This document shows positions 46,200 to 55,348 of a stretch of DNA of 64,000 nt, in pieces. The stretch's first letter is position 1. Every line of letters begins with the position of its first letter. The DNA is taken from assembly GCA_035353995.1 (NCBI GenBank), contig DAOQAL010000001.1:70867-134866 (forward strand). Reading direction: 5' to 3'. The DNA comes from Minisyncoccota bacterium. Its GTDB lineage: Bacteria > Patescibacteriota > Minisyncoccia > Phycocordibacterales > UBA9973. The notes below the pieces were generated by a model. It was not told where the DNA came from. It did not search any database and saw only the letters and a list, made by a program, of their open reading frames with translations. The position numbers and the translations under genes were made by a program.

Positions 46200-46921
46200 A
46201 TAATTTGGATAGAACCAAAAGTTTGTTTCAAAAAAGTTTCCAATTCTTTTCCTTTTATTTCTCTAGATTCATTTGGTTTTAAATTACCAAGAGCTATATT
46301 CATAATTCTTATTCTCTTTAAGTCAGATATTTCTTGAAATAATGCAGAGCACATTCTTCTGATCTGATGTTTTTTGCCCTCTGTAAGAACAATTTTAAAT
46401 GTAAAATTATCTATAATTTCTACTTTGCATTTTTTTGTAATATAACCTTCAATGTTTACTCCAGCTTCAATTTTTTGTTTAAAATTAGAACGTAATTTAT
46501 TTGATGTTTTTACTATATATTCTTTTTCATGAAAATATTTTGGATTCAGTAATCTGTCTGTAATACGTCCATCATTTGTAAGCAACATAAGTCCATGTGA
46601 TCCTTTGTCCAATCTTCCAATAGGGAATATGTCTTTTGGTAAGGATAAGCTTTTAACTTTTTCTTTTATATCTTTTTCAAAATATTGTGGCGAATGTGTA
46701 ATTATTCCTATTGGTTTATTATAAGCATAATATTTGTAAGCCTTTAAATTTTTATCTTCTTTAACTTGTACATCATCATTTTCATTTACCTTGCTACCTA
46801 AAACAGCTAGTTTGCCATTGATTAAAACCTTTTTGTTTTTTACTAATTCATCCGCTCCTTTTCTTGTCGCGATTTGTTTTAATGCTATATATTTATTTAT
46901 TCTCATTGGGTATTTGTCCAT
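46196..46921 (-). CDS. RsuA/RluB-family pseudouridine synthase (S4 domain)
   Basis: S4 N-terminus (MRINKYIA...), catalytic GRLDKGSHGLMLLTNDG. Confidence 0.8.
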   Translation of the reverse strand: MDKYPMRINKYIALKQIATRKGADELVKNKKVLINGKLAVLGSKVNENDDVQVKEDKNLKAYKYYAYNKPIGIITHSPQYFEKDIKEKVKSLSLPKDIFPIGRLDKGSHGLMLLTNDGRITDRLLNPKYFHEKEYIVKTSNKLRSNFKQKIEAGVNIEGYITKKCKVEIIDNFTFKIVLTEGKKHQIRRMCSALFQEISDLKRIRIMNIALGNLKPNESREIKGKELETFLKQTFGSIQII

Positions 46922-47008
46922 TAGTCCAATATAGCATTTAATTTAAAAACAAAAAAACACCTCGGAAAGGTCTTCGAAGTGTTTTTTTGATCTAATAATA
47001 TTTGGTTG

Positions 47009-47476
47009 TTAATTTTTTATATCATCTTCTGATTTTATAGATATATTTTGAGCGCTTATACTACCATCTGTATTTGTTGTACCAATAATATTTACATTTT
47101 TTCCAACCTCTATATCAGAAATTGCTCCATCGATTGTTTTTGAAACAGTAGTTGTTCCTGTGTAAAAAATTATTTTTGATCCTGATCCAGATGAATCTGT
47201 ATTTTTCCCAGTATCGTTACTTTGTGTAGGAGATTTTAATTGTACAGTTATACTATTTTCATCTTTTGCCATAACTGTTCCATTTATCATTCCATTTCCA
47301 TTCTGGTTTTTTTGTTCCATAGTATTTGGATTTTGTCCTCCTGGTCCAAAGCTTGCCCCAGCTTGTCCTTGTGGTCCATTATTATTTGAACCAGAAAGCT
47401 TACTACCTGCGTAGAAAGATACTACTGCCAAGATGATAAAACCAGCTATTAAATATATTGTTTTTTTATTTTTCAT
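47009..47476 (-). CDS. Secreted Gly/Asn/Thr-rich protein, one of three paralogs
   Basis: Signal peptide. C-terminal beta-rich domain with the pattern ITVQ...GTTTV...ISDIEVGKNVNIIG, shared with 51076-51582 and 61873-62379. Confidence 0.5.
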   Translation of the reverse strand: MKNKKTIYLIAGFIILAVVSFYAGSKLSGSNNNGPQGQAGASFGPGGQNPNTMEQKNQNGNGMINGTVMAKDENSITVQLKSPTQSNDTGKNTDSSGSGSKIIFYTGTTTVSKTIDGAISDIEVGKNVNIIGTTNTDGSISAQNISIKSEDDIKN

Positions 47477-47502
47477 ATTTTTCTAATAAAATTATTAATA
47501 AA

Positions 47503-48726
47503 TTATTCATATCTTAGCGCATCGATTGGGTTTAAATTTGCCGCACGATGAGCTGGATAATAACCAAATAAAATACCTATTACTGCAGAAACACCGAAAG
47601 CAAGAAGAACAGAAGATAAAGAGACTGATGCTTCTATACTACTGAAATATCCTATTCCTATTGAAATTAGCCAGCCTAAAATTACTCCGGCAATTCCACC
47701 TATAAATGTGAGCATTGTAGCCTCAAATAAAAATTGATTATTTATATCTCTTTTTTTTGCACCAATTGCTTTACGTAAACCAATTTCACGTGTTCGTTCT
47801 GTAACTGTAGTTAGCATCATGTTCATAATTCCTATACCCCCAACTAAAAGGGAAATACCAGCAACAGCAGCAAGTAATGTTGTAAATGTACTAGTTACAC
47901 TTGATGCTGTTTCTATTATGTCTGACTGATTCATTGTGCTGAAATCTGCATCTTCGCTATTTTCAATATCATGTAGTTCGAGCAACAAAGTAGTGATATC
48001 CTCTTGGACTTGTGATGAAACCTCAGAGCTTGTTGCAGATACATCTATTTCGCTTAAATACTTATTTCCAGATAAATATCTTTGTGCAGTGGTATATGGA
48101 ATATAAACAATATCATCACTATTACTAAAGCCAGATCCACCTTTTGATTCCGTTATTCCTATTATTGTATATTCTGATCCAGAAATTCTTATTTTTTGTC
48201 CAATTACGTCTGTAGCATCTTCACCAAAAAGATCATCTCTTGTTGTTGGACCCAGAACTGCTACCTTAGATCCGCTTGATACATTTTGTTCTGATATGAA
48301 ATTACCTTCAGCAATAGAAACATTTCTGACTGTTTGATAAGAAGATTCTGTTCCCATGATACTTGTATTTGTATTAGTACCAGTTGCTACTACTTGTTGT
48401 CTTGTACTTACTTCACGAACTAAGTCATCAACATTTGAAATTTGATTTTCAATGGCATCTGCATCCTCTAGTGTTAATGATTGTGCGCCACCTCTTGCAC
48501 CGCTAGGTCCACCAAAAGATTTTTGTGCTCCGGGTGTGATCATTACTAAATTAGCTCCTATTGATTCAATCTGTGAAGATACTGAATTTTGTGCTCCTTG
48601 CCCTATTGCTGTCATTGCTATGACAGATGCAATACCAATAATAATTCCAAGCATTGTAAGCCCAGTGCGAACTTTGTTAGTGAATAAAGCAGAATATGTT
48701 TCATGTAATATATCTCTTATTTTCAT
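47503..48726 (-). CDS. MacB/FtsX-family ABC transporter permease
   Basis: N-terminal TM, large periplasmic loop, three C-terminal TM helices. Confidence 0.8.
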   Translation of the reverse strand: MKIRDILHETYSALFTNKVRTGLTMLGIIIGIASVIAMTAIGQGAQNSVSSQIESIGANLVMITPGAQKSFGGPSGARGGAQSLTLEDADAIENQISNVDDLVREVSTRQQVVATGTNTNTSIMGTESSYQTVRNVSIAEGNFISEQNVSSGSKVAVLGPTTRDDLFGEDATDVIGQKIRISGSEYTIIGITESKGGSGFSNSDDIVYIPYTTAQRYLSGNKYLSEIDVSATSSEVSSQVQEDITTLLLELHDIENSEDADFSTMNQSDIIETASSVTSTFTTLLAAVAGISLLVGGIGIMNMMLTTVTERTREIGLRKAIGAKKRDINNQFLFEATMLTFIGGIAGVILGWLISIGIGYFSSIEASVSLSSVLLAFGVSAVIGILFGYYPAHRAANLNPIDALRYE

Positions 48727-49427
48727 ATATGTTTTACTTTTTTATCACTAATTAAATGACCGTCTCTAATAAATAAAATTCTATCTGCATGTTCTGCTAC
48801 ATCCTGTTCGTGAGTTATAAGAACAATTGTTCTACCAAGTTCTTTATTTAATTTCTGAAATGTTGCTAAAACTATTTCTCCAGTTTTTGTGTCAAGATTT
48901 CCAGTTGGTTCATCGGCTAAAATAAGGGAAGGATTATTTACTAAAGCTCTTGCTATTGCAACACGTTGAATTTGTCCTCCCGATAATTGATTTGAAAGAT
49001 GGGTGAAGTGCCCTTCATCAAGACCTGCAGCAATAAGAGATTTTTTTGCTCTTTCTTCTCGTTTTCCTCTTTCAATTCCATCATAAACAAGCGGAAGCAT
49101 AACATTTTTTAGTACAGTTGTTCTCGGTAGAAGATTGAAAGATTGGAATACGAAGCCTATTTCATCTTTTCTTATGTCAGCTAATTGATCATCAGACAGT
49201 GTCGAAACATCTTTATCAGCAAGAAAATATGTGCCCGATGTTGGATTATCTAATGCTCCAAGTATATGCATTAATGTTGATTTTCCTGATCCTGATGGAC
49301 CCATTATTGCTACAAATTCTCCGTCATCTATTTTAAAGGAAACATTGTCAAGCGCGGTAAATTCTACATCTCCAGTCTTATATATTTTTGTTATATTTTT
49401 AATTTCAATCATATATTTTAATTTCAA
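48723..49427 (-). CDS. ABC transporter ATP-binding protein (MacB/LolD type)
   Basis: Walker A GPSGSGKSTL, signature LSGGQIQRVAIARAL, Walker B LILADEPTGNLD. Confidence 0.85.
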   Translation of the reverse strand: MKLKYMIEIKNITKIYKTGDVEFTALDNVSFKIDDGEFVAIMGPSGSGKSTLMHILGALDNPTSGTYFLADKDVSTLSDDQLADIRKDEIGFVFQSFNLLPRTTVLKNVMLPLVYDGIERGKREERAKKSLIAAGLDEGHFTHLSNQLSGGQIQRVAIARALVNNPSLILADEPTGNLDTKTGEIVLATFQKLNKELGRTIVLITHEQDVAEHADRILFIRDGHLISDKKVKHI

Positions 49428-49430
49428 TTT

Positions 49431-51095
49431 TTAGTCAGGTGGACCTCCTCCCATTACTCCTCCCATCATTGACCCTGTGGATGACTTTGTTGATGAAGAA
49501 GATGATTTTGTACTTGTTGTGCTAGAAGAAGACGTTGTTCCTTTTATTGTTTTTGTTACAACAATATCTCCCTCTTTTAATCCTGAAGTTATTTCAGTTC
49601 TTGTGTCGTCTGATATTCCGATTTCAACGGTTGTTTGTTCTGGTTCAGTACTAGACACAGATCCTTGAGTTCCATCTGTTGATTCAGATAGTGCATTTGC
49701 AAATGTTTCTACATAAGACGTGTCTCCTTTGGTTTTTAATGCACTGCTTGAAACAACAAGTACATCTTGTTTTACATCTGTAATAATTGTTGCGCTTACT
49801 GTCATTCCAGGTTTTACACGATCGTCTTGAGCGTCAAATTTTATTTTGACGTCATATGTAACAACTCCAGAACTTACTGTTCCAACAGAATCTATTTCTG
49901 CAACTTCTCCTGTTATTGTTAAATCTTCAATAGCATCAAATGAAACTGTAGCTTTTTGTCCAAGTTCAACTTTTGCTGCATCAACTTCATTTAACGAAAT
50001 AGTTGCTACTCTTTGATCTGTAATAATTGTTCCCAATGTTCCCGAAGAAGTATCTCCAACTTCTACGTCAACACTGGAAATTTTTCCATCAAATGGTGCA
50101 GTGACATAATAATCTGAAAGGTCATCTTTTGCGTCTTGTAGAGCATTTTCTTTTTGCTTAATAGAAATATCGGATGATTGTGTTTCTATATTTGCAGTTT
50201 CAAATGCTTCCTTGCTATCTTTTATTGTTGATTCAGCGGAAGAAATATCAGTCAAGTCTCCATTTATTGTATTTGCTTCTGATGATAGTGTACTTTGATA
50301 TGTCGAATAATCTGAAGAACTAATAGCATCATCAGCCATGTAATTTACAAAACTCTGTAAACTTTTTATTGCCTCAGACGCAAGCTTAGTTGTTTTGTAA
50401 GTTTCACTCATTATCGAATCTATATCTTCGCTAGTTGCTGAATTGCGATCAAGTAATCTAAATGTTGCTCTATTACTCTTGAAAGATTTTTGAGCTTGAT
50501 AGAAAGCTGTTTCAGCCTTTTCTCTATAATCTTGTGCAGTTGTTCCAGTTAATCTAGCTGAATTTTGAGATAAAATACTTTCTCCAAGCAAACTATCAAG
50601 TTCGTCAAATGTTGATTGTAAGTCTGTAAATGTGTTTGATAGGGTATTAAAGCCATCATCATAAGCTTTTTCTAAATCATCGTTCATTGTTTCTTCTGAA
50701 TTTTGCAACTGTGTTTGTTTATATGACAACTTTGCACTCTCTAAACTAATTTCTGCATCTCGAACAGCTTTTTGTGCTTCAGTACTGTCTATTGAAAAAA
50801 GAGTTTTCCCTTTTTTAACCTGATCACCAGCAGATACACCAATGTAAGTTATTTTGCCAGTAGCATCTGCTGTAAGATCAATTGAATTTGAAGCGGAGAC
50901 TTGTCCTGTGCCAGTTATCGAAGAAATAATTGTTCCTTTTTCTACTACAGCAGTTACATATCTTGTTTCACCAGAAGTGTCAGATATTTTTTTATAGCCA
51001 TAAAATCCTAAAGCTAGAATTACTATGAGAACTATTATGCTCAACTTTTTATGACTTTTTATATAAAGTTTTATTTTATTGAATTTTTCCTTCAT
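49431..51095 (-). CDS. HlyD/MacA-family periplasmic adaptor (membrane fusion protein)
   Basis: N-terminal TM anchor, long coiled-coil, lipoyl/beta-barrel segments, and a Ser/Thr-rich C-terminal tail. Confidence 0.7.
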   Translation of the reverse strand: MKEKFNKIKLYIKSHKKLSIIVLIVILALGFYGYKKISDTSGETRYVTAVVEKGTIISSITGTGQVSASNSIDLTADATGKITYIGVSAGDQVKKGKTLFSIDSTEAQKAVRDAEISLESAKLSYKQTQLQNSEETMNDDLEKAYDDGFNTLSNTFTDLQSTFDELDSLLGESILSQNSARLTGTTAQDYREKAETAFYQAQKSFKSNRATFRLLDRNSATSEDIDSIMSETYKTTKLASEAIKSLQSFVNYMADDAISSSDYSTYQSTLSSEANTINGDLTDISSAESTIKDSKEAFETANIETQSSDISIKQKENALQDAKDDLSDYYVTAPFDGKISSVDVEVGDTSSGTLGTIITDQRVATISLNEVDAAKVELGQKATVSFDAIEDLTITGEVAEIDSVGTVSSGVVTYDVKIKFDAQDDRVKPGMTVSATIITDVKQDVLVVSSSALKTKGDTSYVETFANALSESTDGTQGSVSSTEPEQTTVEIGISDDTRTEITSGLKEGDIVVTKTIKGTTSSSSTTSTKSSSSSTKSSTGSMMGGVMGGGPPD

Positions 51096-51582
51096 TTTGT
51101 TGTTTCATTAAATTATTTAATAAATCTGGCTCTGGCATTACTCGTATAAACTTTGCTTCTATTTGCCCGTTATCATTAGGTGTACCAATTACGGTTATAA
51201 AATCATCAATAGCAAGATCAGTTGATTTTAATTCTGATTTCATTTTCTGTATTTTAGTATCATCTTTTATCACAACTACTTTTTCTGTATTATCTCTGTC
51301 TTGTACTATTATGTTTGGCAATTCGATTTTAATTATTTTGCCATTTGCACCGTGGGCATTTGGAAAATTATTTTCATTTAATCCAAAACGTGGTTGCATC
51401 ATACCAAAATTTCTTTGATAATTATCGCCCCAATCATGTCCGAAAGATGCCTTATGAAAACCAACTGACATTCCAGCTGAAAAAACCAAAGCAAACACTA
51501 ACACTATTCCTACTCCATACAAAATTCCAACTAAAATTTTTGACTCAAATATTTTTAATATTTTTTCGTGTATTTTTCTCAT
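51076..51582 (-). CDS. Membrane-anchored protein, paralog of 47009 and 61873 domains
   Basis: TM anchor. C-terminal pattern IIKIELPNIIVQ...VVVIKDDTKI...ITVIGTPNDNGQIEAKFI. Overlaps the adaptor gene by 20 nt. Confidence 0.5.
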   Translation of the reverse strand: MRKIHEKILKIFESKILVGILYGVGIVLVFALVFSAGMSVGFHKASFGHDWGDNYQRNFGMMQPRFGLNENNFPNAHGANGKIIKIELPNIIVQDRDNTEKVVVIKDDTKIQKMKSELKSTDLAIDDFITVIGTPNDNGQIEAKFIRVMPEPDLLNNLMKQQNEGKIQ

Positions 51583-51586
51583 ATTT

Positions 51587-52015
51587 TTATACAGGCCTTG
51601 CCTGCAAGAATGATGATGTTAATTGACCTTTAATAATTTGTTTCATTGCATAACGTAAACATAAAAAGAAAATGAATATAAGAGTTAAGGAATAAAGTGT
51701 GCTTGCCATAGGCAGTGATTCAGTAATGGAAAAAGCAAATTCCTTCCAGTATGTGACAAGAATATCTTTGTTTGAAAAGGCCATTGATAAATACTGATAA
51801 AAACCCGATTGTGATAGATCGGACAATAACGTTTTAAACATAAAAATAAAACCAACTAGTGATGTCGTTCCTAAAAACGAAAAAATGCCCAGTTTTACTT
51901 TTAAGGCATGCTTTTTTTGTTTAATTATTCGCTTCCAAACCACTAAAGGTAAATCTTCATTTGCCATATAGCAGGTTTTTTTAAAAGCCTTAGCTAATTC
52001 TTTATTCATACTCAT
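51587..52015 (-). CDS. Putative membrane anti-sigma factor
   Basis: 142 aa with 2 TM segments. Immediately downstream of the ECF sigma factor. Confidence 0.45.
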   Translation of the reverse strand: MSMNKELAKAFKKTCYMANEDLPLVVWKRIIKQKKHALKVKLGIFSFLGTTSLVGFIFMFKTLLSDLSQSGFYQYLSMAFSNKDILVTYWKEFAFSITESLPMASTLYSLTLIFIFFLCLRYAMKQIIKGQLTSSFLQARPV

Positions 52016-52047
52016 ATATACGATAGATGAGTATGTTTTGGTGCAAA

Positions 52048-52605
52048 TTATTTTATTTTTCTTCTTAATTCTAGAATTGCTCTATAGTGCCAGCTTTTTA
52101 TTGTATTTAAAGGTTTATCCAAAATTTTTCCTATTTCTTCGAATGTCATTTCTTCCTGATAGTGTAATGTTAAGACAGTTTTATAATTTATTGAAAGTTC
52201 GTCTAATAATTTATTTAGCAAAACAGAGTCTTGCAACTTTTGTATTTCTTCGTCAGGTAGAAGATTTTCGTCCTCTATTGTTTCTGAGAAATCTATATAG
52301 TCTTCTGTGATTATATTTGAAAAAGAAATACTTTTCTTTTTTTTCAAAAAATCATAACAAGTATTTTTAGAAATAATAAAAATCCATGTTTTAAAACTGG
52401 ATTTTTCTACATCAAACTTTTTTAAATTTTTCCAAACTTTTATGAAAATGTCTTGAACAATATCAGAAGCGTACTCTTTTCCTACTATTCGTGCTGTAAG
52501 GTTAAAAACTGAAGGTGAGTATCTTTCAATTAGTTCCTTGAAAGTATCTTCATTCCCATCTTTGTATGAATCAATTAACTCTTTGTCAGTTTTTTCGTAC
52601 GACAT
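52048..52605 (-). CDS. ECF-type RNA polymerase sigma factor
   Basis: Region 2 (DIVQDIFIKVWKNLKKFD) and region 4 (TFEEIGKILDKPLNTIKSWHYRAI). Start set at MSYEK because the longer listed ORF would overlap a tRNA. Confidence 0.75.
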   Translation of the reverse strand: MSYEKTDKELIDSYKDGNEDTFKELIERYSPSVFNLTARIVGKEYASDIVQDIFIKVWKNLKKFDVEKSSFKTWIFIISKNTCYDFLKKKKSISFSNIITEDYIDFSETIEDENLLPDEEIQKLQDSVLLNKLLDELSINYKTVLTLHYQEEMTFEEIGKILDKPLNTIKSWHYRAILELRRKIK

Positions 52606-52638
52606 AGGATAAATAATAGCATGTAACAAAGCACCTTG

Positions 52639-52710
52639 TCCTCTCGGCAGGAATCGAACCTGCATCATAACTTCCGCAAAGTTACGTCCTATCCATTGAA
52701 CGACGAGAGG
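52639..52710 (-). tRNA. tRNA-Arg (anticodon GCG)
   Basis: Acceptor CCTCTCG/CGAGAGG (C1:G72). Anticodon stem TAACT/AGTTA, loop TTGCGGA. T-arm GCAGG-TTCGATT-CCTGC. Discriminator A. Confidence 0.7.
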
Positions 52711-52770
52711 ATTGCAACAATATGTTGCATATTTTAGATTAACAGTTTTTGTTAAAAAATCAAAATAGAA

Positions 52771-53235
52771 TTAAAAACCTAGAACTTCCATTATTTTATT
52801 TGAGAAATGTTCCTTCATTTCTTCTTCAACAATATTATTTTTTAGCATTACATCATGAATTTTATTTGCAGAAGAAAGTTCTATCGGTATCGAAATTATT
52901 GGCATAATTACTCTTTTAGTTTTTACAAAAAGAGTTGGTTTTGTTTCTTTTTGTACCCAAAAACATTTTATATCTTCAAAAGGGTAGAGAATATTATGGA
53001 TTTTCAAACCGTCCTCATTTAATTCGTAAGAAATTACCTCTGGTTTTTTTACTGCAAAATATCCAAGCATTACTCCACCTATTACTAACAATGCTGCAAA
53101 AAAATAATTTTTAAAAATAATTGAAGCAGCAGCACTTGCCACAATAATAACACCAAGAGCCCAGAACCAGTCTATGTTTCTTTCTTTCTCTTCGTATTCA
53201 AGCATAGACCATTCAATTTTTTCTCCTTTTTCCAT
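52771..53235 (-). CDS. Hypothetical membrane protein
   Basis: 154 aa with two TM helices near the N-terminus. Confidence 0.5.
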   Translation of the reverse strand: MEKGEKIEWSMLEYEEKERNIDWFWALGVIIVASAAASIIFKNYFFAALLVIGGVMLGYFAVKKPEVISYELNEDGLKIHNILYPFEDIKCFWVQKETKPTLFVKTKRVIMPIISIPIELSSANKIHDVMLKNNIVEEEMKEHFSNKIMEVLGF

Positions 53236-53329
53236 AACTTGATTATATCAAACTGCTTCTTATTTAGAAAGGCAAGAAAGAGTGTTATCTATAATAGATG
53301 CAAATTTTAATAGTATCTCGCACGAAAAA

Positions 53330-54094
53330 TTATTTATTATTTAATAATTTTATATAATTTTCGTTTAGACCCCCGAGTCTAAATATAATTCCTGTTTTAA
53401 TATTATTCACTTTCATAAAATCTATATCATTTTTAAGTGACTCAATAGAAAGAATTGGCTCATCCCCAAGTACTCCTACTGCAATAGTTCCTAAGCCAAG
53501 CTGTAAATTTGGGTTAAGTTTTCTTACTTTAGTAATTTCATTTCTTATTAATTTTAATTTTAATTTATTAGAGATCATGCTTGTGTAATACATAATACAT
53601 TGTGTATGTTTATATTTTTTAACATTAAAAGAAATACCAAGCAGACGATATATTAAATTAATACCAATAAAGAATGGTGGGTATTCTGCTGTCACAATAT
53701 TTATATTGTGACTTAGTGCTTCTTGAAAGAATTTTTTTATAATCTTTTTATTCTTCCAAAAAGAGAAAAAGTTTTTGAAATATAATTCTTTATGTTTCAT
53801 TAGAGGAAGTTCAAGATCTATTAATACAGTAAGAGGTTCATTAATTGAAAAAATTTCTTTTATAAAATTTTGTAAATCTTTCGTGTTAGAAAATGGAGAA
53901 ATCCAATATGAATTTGGAATTATTGGCCAATATGCAGTAGAGATATTTGAATTAATTGAGGTAAGTAATTTTTTATTTTCTTTGTATTCATTAAAAGAAT
54001 TTGCAGTAAGAAAAATAGTTGATTTAAAATCAATTAATTTAGCTTTTTCTAGATTTTCAAAAGTCGGGTATTCTTCAAAGAAATTAAATCTCAT
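53330..54094 (-). CDS. Hypothetical protein
   Basis: Start placed at the internal MRFNFFEEYP. The 49 codons upstream in the listed ORF (to 54241) look non-coding (C/H/R-rich). Confidence 0.4.
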   Translation of the reverse strand: MRFNFFEEYPTFENLEKAKLIDFKSTIFLTANSFNEYKENKKLLTSINSNISTAYWPIIPNSYWISPFSNTKDLQNFIKEIFSINEPLTVLIDLELPLMKHKELYFKNFFSFWKNKKIIKKFFQEALSHNINIVTAEYPPFFIGINLIYRLLGISFNVKKYKHTQCIMYYTSMISNKLKLKLIRNEITKVRKLNPNLQLGLGTIAVGVLGDEPILSIESLKNDIDFMKVNNIKTGIIFRLGGLNENYIKLLNNK

Positions 54095-54344
54095 GAATGT
54101 ATTATATACGATATTGTAGAAATAGATTACATCTAGTGCCAGCACGGCTTTGTGGAGGCGGTGAGAACACGAGTACGTTTTTCTCCCTCGACTAAATTTT
54201 TTGTCGACACAAAAAATTTGTCTGGTCACCGACTCATACATTTTTTCTACTGAAAAAATGATATTCCGTCGTTCTCATCTCACACGAAAGCCAAGCAGTT
54301 GGCTTTCTCGCCTCCGCAAAGCTTTTGCTTCGCGAAAACCTTTG

Positions 54345-54429
54345 CGGAGGCGGTGAGATTCGAACTCACGGTGCCTTGCGACACTCCGGTTTTCAAGACC
54401 GGTGCACTAAACCACTATGCGACGCCTCC
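54345..54429 (-). tRNA. tRNA-Ser (anticodon TGA), long variable arm
   Basis: Acceptor GGAGGCG/CGCCTCC. Anticodon stem CCGGT/ACCGG, loop CTTGAAA. Variable arm GAGTGTCGCAAGGCACC. T-arm GTGAG-TTCGAAT-CTCAC. Discriminator G. Confidence 0.8.
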
Positions 54430-54506
54430 TTTATTATCTTTAATTTTTCTCGAACATTACTTTTTAGTATATATACACTATAATTCATATGAGATTATGT
54501 GTTTTT

Positions 54507-54552
54507 ACTAAACCACTACCCCGAAGGGGCCCCCTAGGGGTGCGACGCCTCC
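54507..54552. repeat. Partial duplicate of the tRNA-Ser 5' end (24 nt in two 12-nt blocks) interrupted by a 22-nt GC-rich palindromic insert
   Basis: 54507-54518 equals 54406-54417, and 54541-54552 equals 54418-54429. Between them lies CCCCGAAGGGGCCCCCTAGGGG at 54519-54540. Confidence 0.6.
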
Positions 54553-54602
54553 GTATATCAAACACTACTTTATTTTTAGCTTTTTTTCAAGGGCTGTAAA
54601 TT

Positions 54603-54630
54603 AAAATACCCCGACATGCGGGGCATTTTA
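54603..54630. terminator. Rho-independent terminator for the 54635-54880 minus-strand gene
   Basis: CCCCG-ACATG-CGGGG hairpin with a T-rich tract on the minus strand. Confidence 0.5.
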
Positions 54631-54634
54631 ATTT

Positions 54635-54880
54635 CTATTTTTTAGGTTTAAAAGAAAGAAGTCTTTTAAATGCTCTTCCTACATCAGACCATTTCTTCTT
54701 TGCTACTCCGAAAACATATATCACTTCTAGTAATCCAAAAGTATTAACTATTAAAAGAACAATAAACCAGATTTTGTTGTTGTTCTTAACAGTTGTCCAA
54801 AGTGCATAACCCTTCCAAGGAATAACCCAGAAAATCATTATTAATAAAAATATTAAATTGTTTCCTGCTAAATTTTGCAT
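54635..54880 (-). CDS. Small two-TM membrane protein
   Basis: 81 aa: LIFLLIMIFWVIPWKGYALW and IWFIVLLIVNTFGLLEVIYVFGV. Confidence 0.45.
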   Translation of the reverse strand: MQNLAGNNLIFLLIMIFWVIPWKGYALWTTVKNNNKIWFIVLLIVNTFGLLEVIYVFGVAKKKWSDVGRAFKRLLSFKPKK

Positions 54881-54925
54881 AACTTTATTATATCATAAAA
54901 CTATTTTTTGTGATAATATGCAAAT

Positions 54926-55348
54926 ATGAAATTTTTAGGTATAGATTATGGCTCAAAAAGGATTGGTATTGCCATATCAGACGAACAGGGGCGTATTGCT
55001 TTTCCAAGAAATATTTTGTTAAATAACAAAGAAGTTTTTGAAAAAATTAGTGATTTAATAGAAAAAGAAAAGATAGAAGAAATTGTAATAGGGGAATCCA
55101 CAGATTTTAAAGGTAAACCAAATATTATCTCAAAAGATATAGAAATTTTTATTGAAAAACTTTTTAATAAATTTAAATTAAGAATCCATAAGCAAAAAGA
55201 ATTTTTAACTTCTGTAGAGGCTCGAGGGCACGAAGGAAAAGTAAAAAATAATGCAAGAAAAATTAGAAAAGTAGAAAATAAAAAGGTCGACGATTCTGCA
55301 GCAGCATTGATATTACAAAGATTTTTGGACAAAAATGATAAACATTGA
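54926..55348 (+). CDS. ruvX: YqgF/RuvX putative Holliday junction resolvase / pre-16S rRNA nuclease
   Basis: MKFLGIDYGSKRIGIAISD N-terminus, RNase H-like fold. Confidence 0.85.
   Translation: MKFLGIDYGSKRIGIAISDEQGRIAFPRNILLNNKEVFEKISDLIEKEKIEEIVIGESTDFKGKPNIISKDIEIFIEKLFNKFKLRIHKQKEFLTSVEARGHEGKVKNNARKIRKVENKKVDDSAAALILQRFLDKNDKH

Noticed and set aside
52606-52668. N-terminal 21 codons of the listed ECF sigma ORF
   Set aside because: They would overlap tRNA-Arg(GCG). The conserved-looking start MSYEKTDKEL lies downstream.
54299-54511. 70-aa plus-strand ORF
   Set aside because: It lies on top of tRNA-Ser and its duplicated fragment, so it is not coding.
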